A stretch of DNA of 64,000 nucleotides from the human T2T-CHM13v2.0 reference genome, Homo sapiens: NCBI RefSeq assembly GCF_009914755.1, contig NC_060935.1. One strand, given 5' to 3'. The notes below the pieces were generated by a model. The model ran no database searches, was not told where the DNA came from, and was given only the letters and a program-made list of their open reading frames with translations. This document shows positions 37,701 to 52,229 of the stretch, piece by piece. Positions within the stretch are counted from its first letter, which is position 1. Each line of letters opens with the position of its first letter. Made by a program: the position numbers and the translations under genes.

Positions 37701-40700
37701 AAACGGGATAAACTTCCCAGAACTACACGGAAGCATTGTGAGAAACTTCTTTGTGATGTTTGCATTCAACTCACAGAGTTGAACCTTGCTTTCATAGTTC
37801 AGCTTTCAAACACTCTTTTTGTAGAATCTGCAAGTGGATATTTGGACCACTTTGTGGCCTTCCTTCGAAACGGGTATATCTTCACATCAAACCTAGACAG
37901 AAGCATTCTCAGAATGTTTCCTGTGATGACTGCATTCAACTCACAGAGATGAACAATCCTGTTGATGGAGCAGTTTTGAAACTCTCTTTCTTTGGATTCT
38001 GCAAGTGGATATGTGGACCTCTGTGAAGATTTCGTTGGAAACGGGTTCATCTTCACAGAAAAACTAAACAGGAGCATTCTCAGAAACTGCTTTGTGATGT
38101 TTGTGTTCCACTTCAAGAATTGAACTTTCCTCTTGACAGAGCAGCTCTGAAACCCTCTTTTTCTAGAATCTGCAAGTGGACATTTGGAGGGCTTTGAGGC
38201 CTGTGGTGGAAAAGGAAAATCTTCACATAAAAACTAGATGGAAGCATTCTCAGAAACTACTTTGTGATGATTGCATTCGACTCACAGAGTTGAACATTCC
38301 TATAGATAGAGCAGGTTGTAAACAATCTTTTTGTAGAATCTGCGATTGGAGATTTGGACTGCTTTGAGGCCTACTGTAGTAAAGGAAATAACTTCATCTA
38401 AAAACCAAACGGAAGCATTCACAGACAATTCTTAGTGATCATTGCATTGAACTAGCAGAGCTGAACATTCCTTTATATGGTGCAGTTTCCAAACACACTT
38501 TCTGTAGAATCTGCAAGTGGATATTTGGACCTCTCTGAGGATTTCGTTGGAAACGGGATAAACTTCCCAGAACTACACGGAAGCATGCTGAGAAACTTCT
38601 TTGTGATGTTTGCATTCAACTCACAGAGTTGAACCTTGCTTTCATAGTTCAGCTTTCAAACACTCTTTTTGTAGAATCTGCAAGTGGATATTTGGACCAC
38701 TTTGTGGCCTTCCTTCGAAACGGGTATATCTTCACATCAAACCTAGACAGAAGCATTCTCAGAATGTTTCCTGTGATGACTGCATTCAACTCACAGAGGT
38801 GAAGAATCCTGCTGATGGAGCAGTTTTGAAACTCTCTTTCTTTGGATTCTGCAAGTAGATATGTGGACCTCTGTGAAGATTTCGTTGGAAACGGGTTCAT
38901 CTTCACAGAAAAACTAAACAGAAGCATTCTCAGAAACTGCTTTGTGATGTTTGTGTTCCACTTCAGGAATTGAACTTTCCCCTTGACAGAGCAGCTCTGA
39001 AACCCTCTTATTCTAGAATCTGCAAGTGGACATTTGGAGGGCTTTGAGGCCTGTGGTGGAAAAGGAAAATCTTCACATAAAAACTAGATGGAAGCATTCT
39101 CAGAAACTACTTTGTGATGATTGCATTCGACTCACAGAGTTGAACATTCCTATAGATAGAGCAGGTTGTAAACAATCTTTTTGTAGAATCTGCGATTGGA
39201 GATTTGGACTGCTTTGAGGCCTACTGTAGTAAAGGAAATAACTTCATCTAAAAACCAAACGGAAGCATTCACAGACAATTCTTAGTGATCATTGGATTGA
39301 ACTAACAGAGCTGAACATTCCTTTAGATGGAGCAGTTTCCAAACCCACTTTCTGTAGAATCTGCAAGTGGATATTTGGACTTCTCTGAGGATTTCGTTGG
39401 AAACGGGATAAACTTCCCAGAACTACACGGAAGCATTGTGAGAAACTTCTTTGTGATGTTTGCATTCAACTCACAGAGTTGAACCTTGCTTTCATAGTTC
39501 AGCTTTCAAACACTCTTTTTGTAGAATCTGCAAGTGGATATTTGGACCACTTTGTGGCCTTCCTTCGAAACGGGTATATCTTCACATCAAACCTAGACAG
39601 AAGCATTCTCAGAATGTTTCCTGTGATGACTGCATTCAACTCACAGAGGTGAACAATCCTGTTGATGGAGCAGTTTTGAAACTCTCTTTCTTTGGATTCT
39701 GCAAGTTGATATGTGGACCTCTGTGAAGATTTCGTTGGAAACGGGTTCATCTTCACAGAAAAACTAAACAGGAGCATTCTCAGAAACTGCTTTGTGATGT
39801 TTGTGTTCCTCTTCAAGAATTGAACTTTCCTCTTGACAGAGCAGCTCTGAAAACCTCTTTTTCTAGAATCTGCAAGTGGACATTTGGAGGGCTTTGAGGC
39901 CTGTGGTGGAAAAGGAAAATCTTCACATAAAAACTAGATGGAAGCATTCTCAGAAACTACTTTGTGATGATTGCATTCGACTCACAGAGTTGAACATTCC
40001 TATAGATAGAGCAGGTTGTAAACAATCTTTTTGTAGAATCTGCGATTGGAGATTTGGACTGCTTTGAGGCCTACTGTAGTAAAGGAAATAACTTCATCTA
40101 AAAACCAAACGGAAGCATTCACAGACAATTCTTAGTGATCATTGCATTGAACTAACAGAGCTGAACATTCCTTTATATGGTGCAGTTTCCAAACACACTT
40201 TCTGTAGAATCTGCAAGTGGATATTTAGACCTCTCTGAGGATTTCGTTGGAAACGGGATAAACTTCCCAGAACTACACGGAAGCATGCTGAGAAACTTCT
40301 TTGTGATGTTTGCATTCAACTCACAGAGTTGAACCTTGCTTTCATAGTTCAGCTTTCAAACACTCTTTTTGTAGAATCTGCAAGTGGATATTTGGACCAC
40401 TTTGTGGCCTTCCTTCGAAACGGGTATATCTTCACATCAAACCTAGACAGAAGCATTCTCAGAATGTTTTCTGTGATGACTGCATTCAACTCACAGAGGT
40501 GAAGAATCCTGCTGATGGAGCAGTTTTGAAACTCTCTTTCTTTGGATTCTGCAAGTGGATATGTGGACCTCTGTGAAGATTTCGTTGGAAACGGGTTCAT
40601 CTTCACAGAAAAACTAAACAGAAGCATTTTCAGAAACTGCTTTGTGATGTTTGTGTTCCACTTCAGGAATTGAACTTTCCTCTTGACAGAGCAGCTCTGA

Positions 40701-43700
40701 AACCCTCTTATTCTAGAATCTGCAAGTGGAAATTTGGAGGGCTTTGAGGCCTGTGGTGGAAAAGGAAAATCTTCACATAAAAACTAGATGGAAGCATTCT
40801 CAGAAACTACTTTGTGATGATTGCATTCGACTCACAGAGTTGAACATTCCTATAGATAGAGCAGGTTGTAAACAATCTTTTTGTAGAATCTGCGATTGGA
40901 GATTTGGACTGCTTTGAGGCCTACTGTAGTAAAGGAAATAACTTCATCTAAAAACCAAACGGAAGCATTCACAGACAATTCTTAGTGATCATTGGATTGA
41001 ACTAACAGAGCTGAACATTCCTTTAGATGGAGTAGTTTCCAAACACACTTTCTGTAGAATCTGCAAGTGGATATTTGGACTTCTCTGAGGATTTCGTTGG
41101 AAACGGGATAAACTTCCCCGAACTACACGGAAGCATTGTGAGAAACTTCTTTGTGATGTTTGCATTCAACTCACAGAGTTGAACCTTGCTTTCATAGTTC
41201 AGCTTTCAAACACTCTTTTTGTAGAATCTGCAAGTGGATATTTGGACCACTTTGTGGCCTTCCTTCGAAACGGGTATATCTTCACATCAAACCTAGACAG
41301 AAGCATTCTCAGAATGTTTCCTGTGATGACTGCATTCAACTCCCAGAGGTGAACAATCCTGCTGATGGAGCAGTTTTGAAACTCTCTTTCTTTGGATTCT
41401 GCAAGTGGATATGTGGACCTCTGTGAAGATTTCCTTGGAAACGGGTTCATCTTCACAGAAAAACTAAACAGGAGCATTCTCAGAAACTGCTTTGTGATGT
41501 TTGTGTTCCACTTCAAGAATTGAACTTTCCTCTTGACAGAGCAGCTCTGAAACCCTCTTTTTCTAGAATCTGCAAGTGGACATTTGGAGGGCTTTGAGGC
41601 CTGTGGTGGAAAAGGAAAATCTTCACATAAAAACTAGATGGAAGCATTCTCAGAAACTACTTTGTGATGATTGCATTCGACTCACAGAGTTGAACATTCC
41701 TATAGATAGAGCAGGTTGTAAACAATCTTTTTGTAGAATCTGCGATTGGAGATTTGGACTGCTTTGAGGCCTACTGTAGTAAAGGAAATAACTTCATCTA
41801 AAAACCAAACGGAAGCATTCACAGACAATTCTTAGTGATCATTGGATTGAACTAACAGAGCTGAACATTCCTTTAGATGGAGCAGTTTCCAAACCCACTT
41901 TCTGTAGAATCTGCAAGTGGATATTTGGACTTCTCTGAGGATTTCGTTGGAAAGGGGATAAACTTCCCAGAACTACACGGAAGCATGCTGAGAAACTTCT
42001 ATGTGATGTTTTCATTCAACTCACAGAGTTGAACCTTGCTTTCATAGTTCAGCTTTCAAACACTCTTTTTGTAGAATCTGCAAGTGGATATTTGGACCAC
42101 TTTGTGGCCTTCCTTCGAAACGGGTATATCTTCACATCAAACCTAGACAGAAGCATTCTCAGAATGTTTCCTGTGATGACTGCATTCAATTCACAGAGGT
42201 GAACAATCCTCTTGATGGAGCAGTTTTGAAACTCTCTTTCTTTGGATTCTGCAAGTGGATATGTGGACCTCTGTGAAGATTTCGTTGGAAACGGGTTCAT
42301 CTTCACAGAAAAACTAAACAGAAGCATTCTCAGAAACTGCTTTGTGATGTTTGTGTTCCACTTCAAGAATTGAACTTTCCTCTTGACAGAGCAGCTCTGA
42401 AACCCTCTTTTTCTAGAATCTGCAAGTGGACATTTGGAGGGCTTTGAGGCCTGTGGTGGAAAAGGAAAATCTTCACATAAAAACTAGATGGAAGCATTCT
42501 CAGAAACTACTTTGTGATGATTGCATTCGACTCACAGAGTTGAACATTCCTATAGATAGAGCAGGTTGTAAACAATCTTTTTGTAGAATCTGCGATTGGA
42601 GATTTGGACTGCTTTGAGGCCTACTGTAGTAAAGGAAATAACTTCATCTAAAAACCAAACGGAAGCATTCACAGACAATTCTTAGTGATCATTGCATTGA
42701 ACTAACAGAGCTGAACATTCCTTTAGATGGAGCAGTTTCCAAACACACTTTCTGTAGAATCTGCAAGTGGATATTTGGACTTCTCTGAGGATTTCGTTGG
42801 AAACGGGATAAACTTCCCAGAACTACACGGAAGCATTGTGAGAAACTTCTTTGTGATGTTTGCATTCAACTCACAGAGTTGAACCTTGCTTTCATAGTTC
42901 AGCTTTCAAACACTCTTTTTGTAGAATCTGCAAGTGGATATTTGGACCACTTTGTGGCCTTCCTTCGAAACGGGTATATCTTCACATCAAACCTAGACAG
43001 AAGCATTCTCAGAATGTTTCCTGTGATGACTGCATTCAACTCACAGAGGTGAACAATCCTGTTGATGGAGCAGTTTTGAAACTCTCTTTCTTTGGATTCT
43101 GCAAGTGGATATGTGGACCTCTGTGAAGATTTCGTTGGAAACGGGTTCATCTTCACAGAAAAACTAAACAGGAGCATTCTCAGAAACTGCTTTGTGATGT
43201 TTGTGTTCCACTTCAAGAATTGAACTTTCCTCTTGACAGAGCAGCTCTGAAACCCTCTTTTTCTAGAATCTGCAAGTGGACATTTGGAGGGCTTTGAGGC
43301 CTGTGGTGGAAAAGGAAAATCTTCACATAAAAACTAGATGGAAGCATTCTCAGAAACTACTTTGTGATGATTGCATTCGACTCACAGAGTTGAACATTCC
43401 TATAGATAGAGCAGGTTGTAAACAATCTTTTTGTAGAATCTGCGATTGGAGATTTGGACTGCTTTGAGGCCTACTGTAGTAAAGGAAATAACTTCATCTA
43501 AAAACCAAACGGAAGCATTCACAGACAATTCTTAGTGATCATTGCATTGAACTAACAGAGCTGAACATTCCTTTATATGGTGCAGTTTCCAAACACACTT
43601 TCTGTAGAATCTGCAAGTGGATATTTGGACCTCTCTGAGGATTTCGTTGGAAACGGGATAAACTTCCCAGAACTACACGGAAGCATGCTGAGAAACTTCT

Positions 43701-46700
43701 TTGTGATGTTTGCATTCAACTCACAGAGTTGAACCTTGCTTTCATAGTTCAGCTTTCAAACACTCTTTTTGTAGAATCTGCAAGTGGATATTTGGACCAC
43801 TTTGTGGCCTTCCTTCGAAACGGGTATATCTTCACATCAAACCTAGACAGAAGCATTCTCAGAATGTTTTCTGTGATGACTGCATTCAACTCACAGAGGT
43901 GAAGAATCCTGCTGATGGAGCAATTTTGAAACTCTCTTTCTTTGGATTCTGCAAGTGGATATGTGGACCTCTGTGAAGATTTCGTTGGAAACGGGTTCAT
44001 CTTCACAGAAAAACTAAACAGAAGCATTCTCAGAAACTGCTTTGTGATGTTTGTGTTCCACTTCAAGAATTGAACTTTCCTCTTGACAGAGCAGCTCTGA
44101 AACCCTCTTTTTCTAGAATCTGCAAGTGGACATTTGGAGGGCTTTGAGGCCTGTGGTGGAAAAGGAAAATCTTCACATAAAAACTAGATGGAAGCATTCT
44201 CAGAAACTACTTTGTGATGATTGCATTCGACTCACAGAGTTGAACATTCCTATAGATAGAGCAGGTTGTAAACAATCTTTTTGTAGAATCTGCGATTGGA
44301 GATTTGGACTGCTTTGAGGCCTACTGTAGTAAAGGAAATAACTTCATCTAAAAACCAAACGGAAGCATTCACAGACAATTCTTAGTGATCATTGCATTGA
44401 ACTAACAGAGCTGAACATTACTTTAGATGGCGCAGTTTCCAAACACACTTTCTGTAGAATCTGCAAGTGGATATTTGGACCTCTCTGAGGATTTCGTTGG
44501 AAACGGGATAAACTTCCCAGAACTACACGGAAGCATTGTGAGAAACTTCTTTGTGATGTTTGCATTCAACTCACAGAGTTGAACCTTGCTTTCATAGTTC
44601 AGCTTTCAAACACTCTTTTTGTAGAATCTGCAAGTGGATATTTGGACCACTTTGTGGCCTTCCTTCGAAACGGGTATATCTTCACATCAAACCTAGACAG
44701 AAGCATTCTCAGAATGTTTCCTGTGATGACTGCATTCAACTCACAGAGGTGAAGAATCCTGCTGATGGAGCAGTTTTGAAACTCTCTTTCTTTGGATTCT
44801 GCAAGTGGATATGTGGACCTCTGTGAAGATTTCGTTGGAAACGGGTTCATCTTCACAGAAAAACTAAACAGAAGCATTCTCAGAAACTGCTTTGTGATGT
44901 TTGTGTTCCACTTCAGGAATTGAACTTTCCTCTTCAAAGAGTAGCTCTGAAACCCTCTTTTTCTGGAATCTGCAAGTGGACATTTGGAGGGCTTTGAGGC
45001 CTGTGGTGGAAAAGGAAAATCTTCACATAAAAAATTGATGGAAGCATTCTCAGAAACTACTTTGTGATGATTGCATTCGACTCACAGAGTTGAACATTCC
45101 TATAGATAGAGCAGGTTGTAAACAATCTTTTTGTAGAATCTGCGATTGGAGATTTGGACTGCTTTGAGGCCTACTGTAGTAAAGGAAATAACTTCATCTA
45201 AAAACCAAACGGAAGCATTCACAGACAATTCTTAGTGATCATTGGATTGAACTAACAGAGCTGAACATTCTTTTAGATGGAGCAGTTTCCAAACACACTT
45301 TCTGTAGAATCTGCAAGTGGATATTTGGACTTCTCTGAGGATTTCGTTGGAAACGGGATAAACTTCCCAGAACTACACGGAAGCATTCTGAGAAACTTCT
45401 TTGTGATGTTTGCATTCAACTCACAGAGTTGAACCTTGCTTTCATAGTTCAGCTTTCAAACACTCTTTTTGTAGAATCTGCAAGTGGATATTTGGACCAC
45501 TTTGTGGCCTTCCTTCGAAACGGGTATATCTTCACATCAAACCTAGACAGAAGCATTCTCAGAATGTTTCCTGTGATGACTGCATTCAACTCACAGAGGT
45601 GAACAATCCTGCTGATGGAGCAGTGTTGAAACTCTCTTTCTTTGGATTCTGCAAGTGGATATGTGGACCTCTGTGAAGATTTCGTTGGAAACGGGTTCAT
45701 CTTCACAGAAAAACTAAACAGGAGCATTCTCAGAAACTGTTTGTGATGTTTGTGTTCCACTTCAAGAATTGAACTTTCCTCTTGACAGAGCAGCTCTGAA
45801 ACCCTCTTTTTCTAGAATCTGCAAGTGGACATTTGGAGGGCTTTGAGGCCTGTGGTGGAAAAGGAAAATCTTCACATAAAAACTAGATGGAAGCATTCTC
45901 AGAAACTACTTTGTGATGATTGCATTCGACTCACAGAGTTGAACATTCCTATAGATAGAGCAGGTTGTAAACAATCTTTTTGTAGAATCTGCGATTGGAG
46001 ATTTGGACTGCTTTGAGGCCTACTGTAGTAAAGGAAATAACTTCATCTAAAAACCAAAGGGAAGCATTCACAGACAATTCTTAGTGATCATTGGATTGAA
46101 CTAACAGAGCTGAACATTCCTTTAGATGGAGCAGTTTCCAAACCCACTTTCTGTGGAATCTGCAAGTGGATATTTGGACTTCTCTGAGGATTTCGTTGGA
46201 AACGGGATAAACTTCCCAGAACTACACGGAAGCATTGTGAGAAACTTCTTTGTGATGTTTGCATTCAACTCACAGAGTTGAACCTTGCTTTCATAGTTCA
46301 GCTTTCAAACACTCTTTTTGTAGAATCTGCAAGTGGATATTTGGACCACTTTGTGGCCTTCCTTCGAAACGGGTATATCTTCACATCAAACCTAGACAGA
46401 AGCATTCTCAGAATGTTTCCTGTGATGACTGCATTCAACTCACAGAGGTGAACAATCCTGTTGATGGAGCACTTTTGAAACTCTCTTTCTTTGGATTCTG
46501 CAAGTGGATATGTGGACCTCTGTGAAGATTTCGTTGGAAACGGGTTCATCTTCACAGAAAAACTAAACAGAAGCATTCTCAGAAACTACTTTGTGATGTT
46601 TGTGTTCCACTTCAAGAATTGAACTTTCCTCTTGACAGAGCAGCTCTGAAACCCTCTTTTTCTAGAATCTGCAAGTGGACATTTGGAGGGCTTTGTGGCC

Positions 46701-48699
46701 TGTGGTGGAAAAGGAAAATCTTCACATAAAAACTAGATGGAAGCATTCTCAGAAACTACTTTGTGATGATTGCATTCGACTCACAGAGTTGAACATTCCT
46801 ATAGATAGAGCAGGTTGTAAACAATCTTTTTGTAGAATCTGCGATTGGAGATTTGGACTGCTTTGAGGCCTACTGTAGTAAAGGAAATAACTTCATCTAA
46901 AAACCAAACGGAAGCATTCACAGACAATTCTTAGTGATCATTGGATTGAACTAACAGAGCTGAACATTCCTTTAGATGGAGCAGTTTCCAAACACACTTT
47001 CTGTAGAATCTGCAAGTGGATATTTGGTCTTCTCTGAGGATTTCGTTGGAAACGGGATAAACTTCCCAGAACTACACGGAAGCATTGTGAGAAACTTCTT
47101 TGTGATGTTTGCATTCAACTCACAGAGTTGAACCTTGCTTTCATAGTTCAGCTTTCAAACACTCTTTTTGTAGAATCTGCAAGTGGATATTTGGACCACT
47201 TTGTGGCCTTCCTTTGAAAAGGGTATATCTTCACATCAAACCTAGACAGAGGCATTCTCAGAATGTTTCCTGTGATGACTGCATTCAACTCACAGAGGTG
47301 AACAATCCTGTTGATGGAGCAGTTTTGAAACTCTCTTTCTTTGGATTCTGCAAGTGGATATGTGGACCTCTGTGAAGATTTCGTTGGAAACGGGTTCATC
47401 TTCACAGAAAAACTAAACAGGAGCATTCTCAGAAACTGCTTTGTGATGTTTGTGTTCCACTTCAGGAATTGAACTTTCCTCTTGACAGAGCAGCTCTGAA
47501 ACCCTCTTTTTCTAGAATCTGCAAGTGGACATTTGGAGGGCTTTGAGGCCTGTGGTGGAAAAGGAAAATCTTCACATAAAAACTAGATGGAAGCATTCTC
47601 AGAAACTACTTTGTGATGATTGCATTCGACTCACAGAGTTGAACATTCCTATAGATAGAGCAGGTTGTAAACAATCTTTTTGTAGAATCTGCGATTGGAG
47701 ATTTGGAATGCTTTGAGGCCTACTGTAGTAAAGGAAATAACTTCATCTAAAAACCAAACGGAAGCATTCACAGACAATTCTTAGTGATCATTGGATTGAA
47801 CTAACAGAGCTGAACATTCCTTTAGATGGAGCAGTTTCCAAACCCACTTTCTGTAGAATCTGCAAGTGGATATTTGGACTTCTCTGAGGATTTCGTTGGA
47901 AACGGGATAAACTTCCCAGAACTACACGGAAGCATTGTGAGAAACTTCTTTGTGATGTTTGCATTCAACTCACAGAGTTGAACTTTGCTTTCATAGTTCA
48001 GCTTTCAAACACTCTTTTTGTAGAATCTGCAAGTAGATATTTGGACCACTTTGTGGCCTTCCTTCGAAACGGGTATATCTTCACATCAAACCTAGACAGA
48101 AGCATTCTCAGAATGTTTCCTGTGATGACTGCATTCAACTCACAGAGGTGAAGAATCCTGCTGATGGAGCAGTTTTGAAACTCTCTTTCTTTGGATTCTG
48201 CAAGTGGATATGTGGACCTCTGTGAAGATTTCGTTGGAAACGGGTTCATCTTCACAGAAAAACTAAACAGAAGCATTCTCAGAAACTGCTTTGTGATGTT
48301 TGTGTTCCACTTCAGGAATTGAACTTTCCTCTTGACAGAGCAGCTCTGAAACCATCTTATTCTAGAATCTGCAAGTGGACATTTGGAGGGCTTTGAGGCC
48401 TGTGGTGGAAAACGAAAATCTTCACATAAAAACTAGATGGAAGCATTCTCAGAAACTACTTTGTGATGATTGCATTCGACTCACAGAGTTGAACATTCCT
48501 ATAGATAGAGCAGGTTGTAAACAATCTTTTTGTAGAATCTGCGATTGGAGATTTGGACTGCTTTGAGGCCTACTGTAGTAAAGGAAATAACTTCATCTAA
48601 AAACCAAACAGAAGCATTCACAGACAATTCTTGGTGATCATTGGATTGAACTAACAGAGCTGAACATTCCTTTAGATGGAGCAGTTTCCAAACCCACTT

Positions 48700-51600
48700 T
48701 CTGTAGAATCTGCAAGTGGATATTTGGACTTCTCTGAGGATTTCGTTGGAAACGGGATAAACTTCCCAGAACTACACGGAAGCATTGTGAGAAACTTCTT
48801 TGTGATGTTTGCATTCAACTCACAGAGTTGAACCTTGCTTTCATAGTTCAGCTTTCAAACACTCTTTTTGTAGAATCTGCAAGTGGATATTTGGACCACT
48901 TTGTGGCCTTCCTTCGAAACGGGTATATCTTCACATCAAACCTAGACAGAAGCATTCTCAGAATGTTTCCTGTGATGACTGCATTCAACTCACAGAGGTG
49001 AACAATCCTGTTGATGGAGCAGTTTTGAAACTCTCTTTCTTTGGATTCTGCAAGTGGATATGTGGACCTCTGTGAAGATTTCGTTGGAAACGGGTTCATC
49101 TTCACAGAAAAACTAAACAGAAGCATTCTCAGAAACTGCTTTGTGATGTTTGTGTTCCACTTCAGGAATTGAACTTTCCTCTTGAAAGAGCAGCTCTGAA
49201 ACCCTCTTTTTCTGGAATCTGCAAGTGGATATTTGGAGGGATTTGAGGCCTGTGGTGGAAAAGGAAAATCTTCACATAAAAACTAGATGGAAGCATTCTC
49301 AGAAACTACTTTGTGATGATTGCATTCGACTCACAGAGTTGAACATTCCTATAGATAGAGCAGGTTGTAAACAATCTTTTTGTAGAATCTGCGATTGGAG
49401 ATTTGGACTGCTTTGAGGCCTACTGTAGTAAAGGAAATAACTTCATCTAAAAACCAAACGGAAGCATTCACAGACAATTCTTAGTGATCATTGGATTGAA
49501 CTAACAGAGCTGAACATTCCTTTAGATGGAGCAGTTTCCAAACACACTTTCTGTAGAATCTGCAAGTGGATATTTGGACTTCTCTGAGGATTTCGTTGGA
49601 AACGGGATAAACTTCCCAGAACTACACGGAAGCATTGTGAGAAACTTCTTTGTGATGTTTGCATTCAACTCACAGAGTTGAACCTTGCTTTCATAGCTCA
49701 GCTTTCAAACACTCTTTTTGTAGAATCTGCAAGTGGATATTTGGACCACTTTGTGGCCTTCCTTCGAAACGGGTATATCTTCACATCAAACCTAGACAGA
49801 AGCATTCTCAGAATGTTTCCTGTGATGACTGCATTCAACTCACAGAGGTGAACAATCCTGCTGATGGAGCAGTTTTGAAACTCTCTTTCTTTGGATTCTG
49901 CAAGTGGATATGTGGACCTCTGTGAAGATTTCGTTGGAAAAGGGTTCATCTTCACAGAAAAACTAAACAGGAGCATTCTCAGAAACTGCTTTGTGATGTT
50001 TGTGTTCCACTTCGAGAATTGAACTTTCCTCTTGACAGAGCAGCTCTGAAACCCTCTTATTCTAGAATCTGCAAGTGGACATTTGGAGGGCTTTGAGGCC
50101 TGTGGTGGAAAAGGAAAATCTTCACATAAAAACTAGATGGAAGCATTCTCAGAAACTACTTTGTGATGATTGCATTCGACTCACAGAGTTGAACATTCCT
50201 ATAGATAGAGCAGGTTGTAAACAATCTTTTTGTAGAATCTGCGATTGGAGATTTGGACTGCTTTGAGGCCTACTGTAGTAAAGGAAATAACTTCATCTAA
50301 AAACCAAACGGAAGCATTCACAGACAATTCTTAGTGATCATTGGATTGAACTAACAGAGCTGAACATTCCTTTAGATGGCGCAGTTTCCAAACACACTTT
50401 CTGTAGAATCTGCAAGTGGATATTTGGACCTCTCTGAGGATTTCGTTGGAAACGGGATAAACTTCCCAGAACTACACGGAAGCATGCTGAGAAACTTCTT
50501 TGTGATGTTTGCATTCAACTCACAGAGCTGAACCTTGCTTTCATAGTTCAGCTTTCAAACACTCTTTTTGTAGAATCTGCAAGTGGATATTTGGACCACT
50601 TTGTGGCCTTCCTTCGAAACGGGTATATCTTCACATCAAACCTAGACAGAAGCATTCTCAGAATGTTTCCTGTGATGACTGCATTCAACTCACAGAGGTG
50701 AACAATCCTGCTGATGAAGCAGTGTTGAAACTCTCTTTCTTTGGATTCTGCAAGTGGATATGTGGACCTCTGTGAAGATTTCGTTGGAAACGGGTTCATC
50801 TTCACAGAAAAACTAAACAGGAGCATTCTCAGAAACTGCTTTGTGATGTTTGTGTTCCACTTCAAGAATTGAACTTTCCTCTTGACAGAGCAGCTCTGAA
50901 ACCCTCTTTTTCTAGAATCTGCAAGTGGACATTTGGAGGGCTTTGAGGCCTGTGGTGGAAAAGGAAAATCTTCACATAAAAACTAGATGGAAGCATTCTC
51001 AGAAACTACTTTGTGATGATTGCATTCGACTCACAGAGTTGAACATTCCTATAGATAGAGCAGGTTGTAAACAATCTTTTTGTAGAATCTGCGATTGGAG
51101 ATTTGGACTGCTTTGAGGCCTACTGTAGTAAAGGAAATAACTTCATCTAAAAACCAAACGGAAGCATTCACAGACAATTCTTAGTGATCATTGCATTGAA
51201 CTAACAGAGCTGAACATTCCTTTAGATGGCGCAGTTTCCAAACACACTTTCTGTAGAATCTGCAAGTGGATATTTGGACCTCTCTGAGGATTTCGTTGGA
51301 AACGGGATAAACTTCCCAGAACTACACGGAAGCATTGTGAGAAACTTCTTTGTGATGTTTGCATTCAACTCACAGAGCTGAACCTTGCTTTCATAGTTCA
51401 GCTTTCAAACACTCTTTTTGTAGAATCTGCAAGTGGATATTTGGACCACTTTGTGGCCTTCCTTCGAAACGGGTATATCTTCACATCAAACCTAGACAGA
51501 AGCATTCTCAGAATGTTTCCTGTGATGACTGCATTCAACTCACAGAGGTGAACAATCCTGCTGATGGAGCAGTTTTGAAACTCTCTTTCTTTGGATTCTG

Positions 51601-52100
51601 CAAGTGGATATGTGGACCTCTGTGAAGATTTCGTTGGAAAAGGGTTCATCTTCACAGAAAAACTAAACAGGAGCATTCTCAGAAACTGCTTTGTGATGTT
51701 TGTGTTCCACTTCGAGAATTGAACTTTCCTCTAGACAGAGCAGCTCTGAAACCCTCTTTCTCTAGAATCTGCAAGGGGACATTTGGAGGGCTTTGAGGCC
51801 TGTGGTGGAAAAGGAAAATCTTCACATAAAAACTAGATGGAAGCATTCTCAGAAACTACTTTGTGATGATTGCATTCGACTCACAGAGTTGAACATTCCT
51901 ATAGATAGAGCAGGTTGTAAACAATCTTTTTGTAGAATCTGCGATTGGAGATTTGGACTGCTTTGAGGCCTACTGTAGTAAAGGAAATAAATTCATCTAA
52001 AAACCAAACGGAAGCATTCACAGACAATTCTTAGTGATCATTGGATTGAACTAACAGAGCTGAACATTCCTTTAGATGGAGCAGTTTCCAAACACACTTT
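48700..52100 (+). repeat. Block of at least 4 HORs, copy 1 (repeated at +11900 bp)
   Basis: Rare variants at 49186, 49214, 49241, 49697, 49941, 50014, 50528, 50717, 51378, 51641, 51733, 51776 and 51991 all recur 11900 bp downstream. Confidence 0.9.
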
Positions 52101-52229
52101 CTGTAGAATCTGCAAGTGGATATTTGGACTTCTCTGAGGATTTCGTTGGAAACGGGATAAACTTCCCAGAACTACACGGAAGCATTGTGAGAAACTTCTT
52201 TGTGATGTTTGCATTCAACTCACAGAGTT

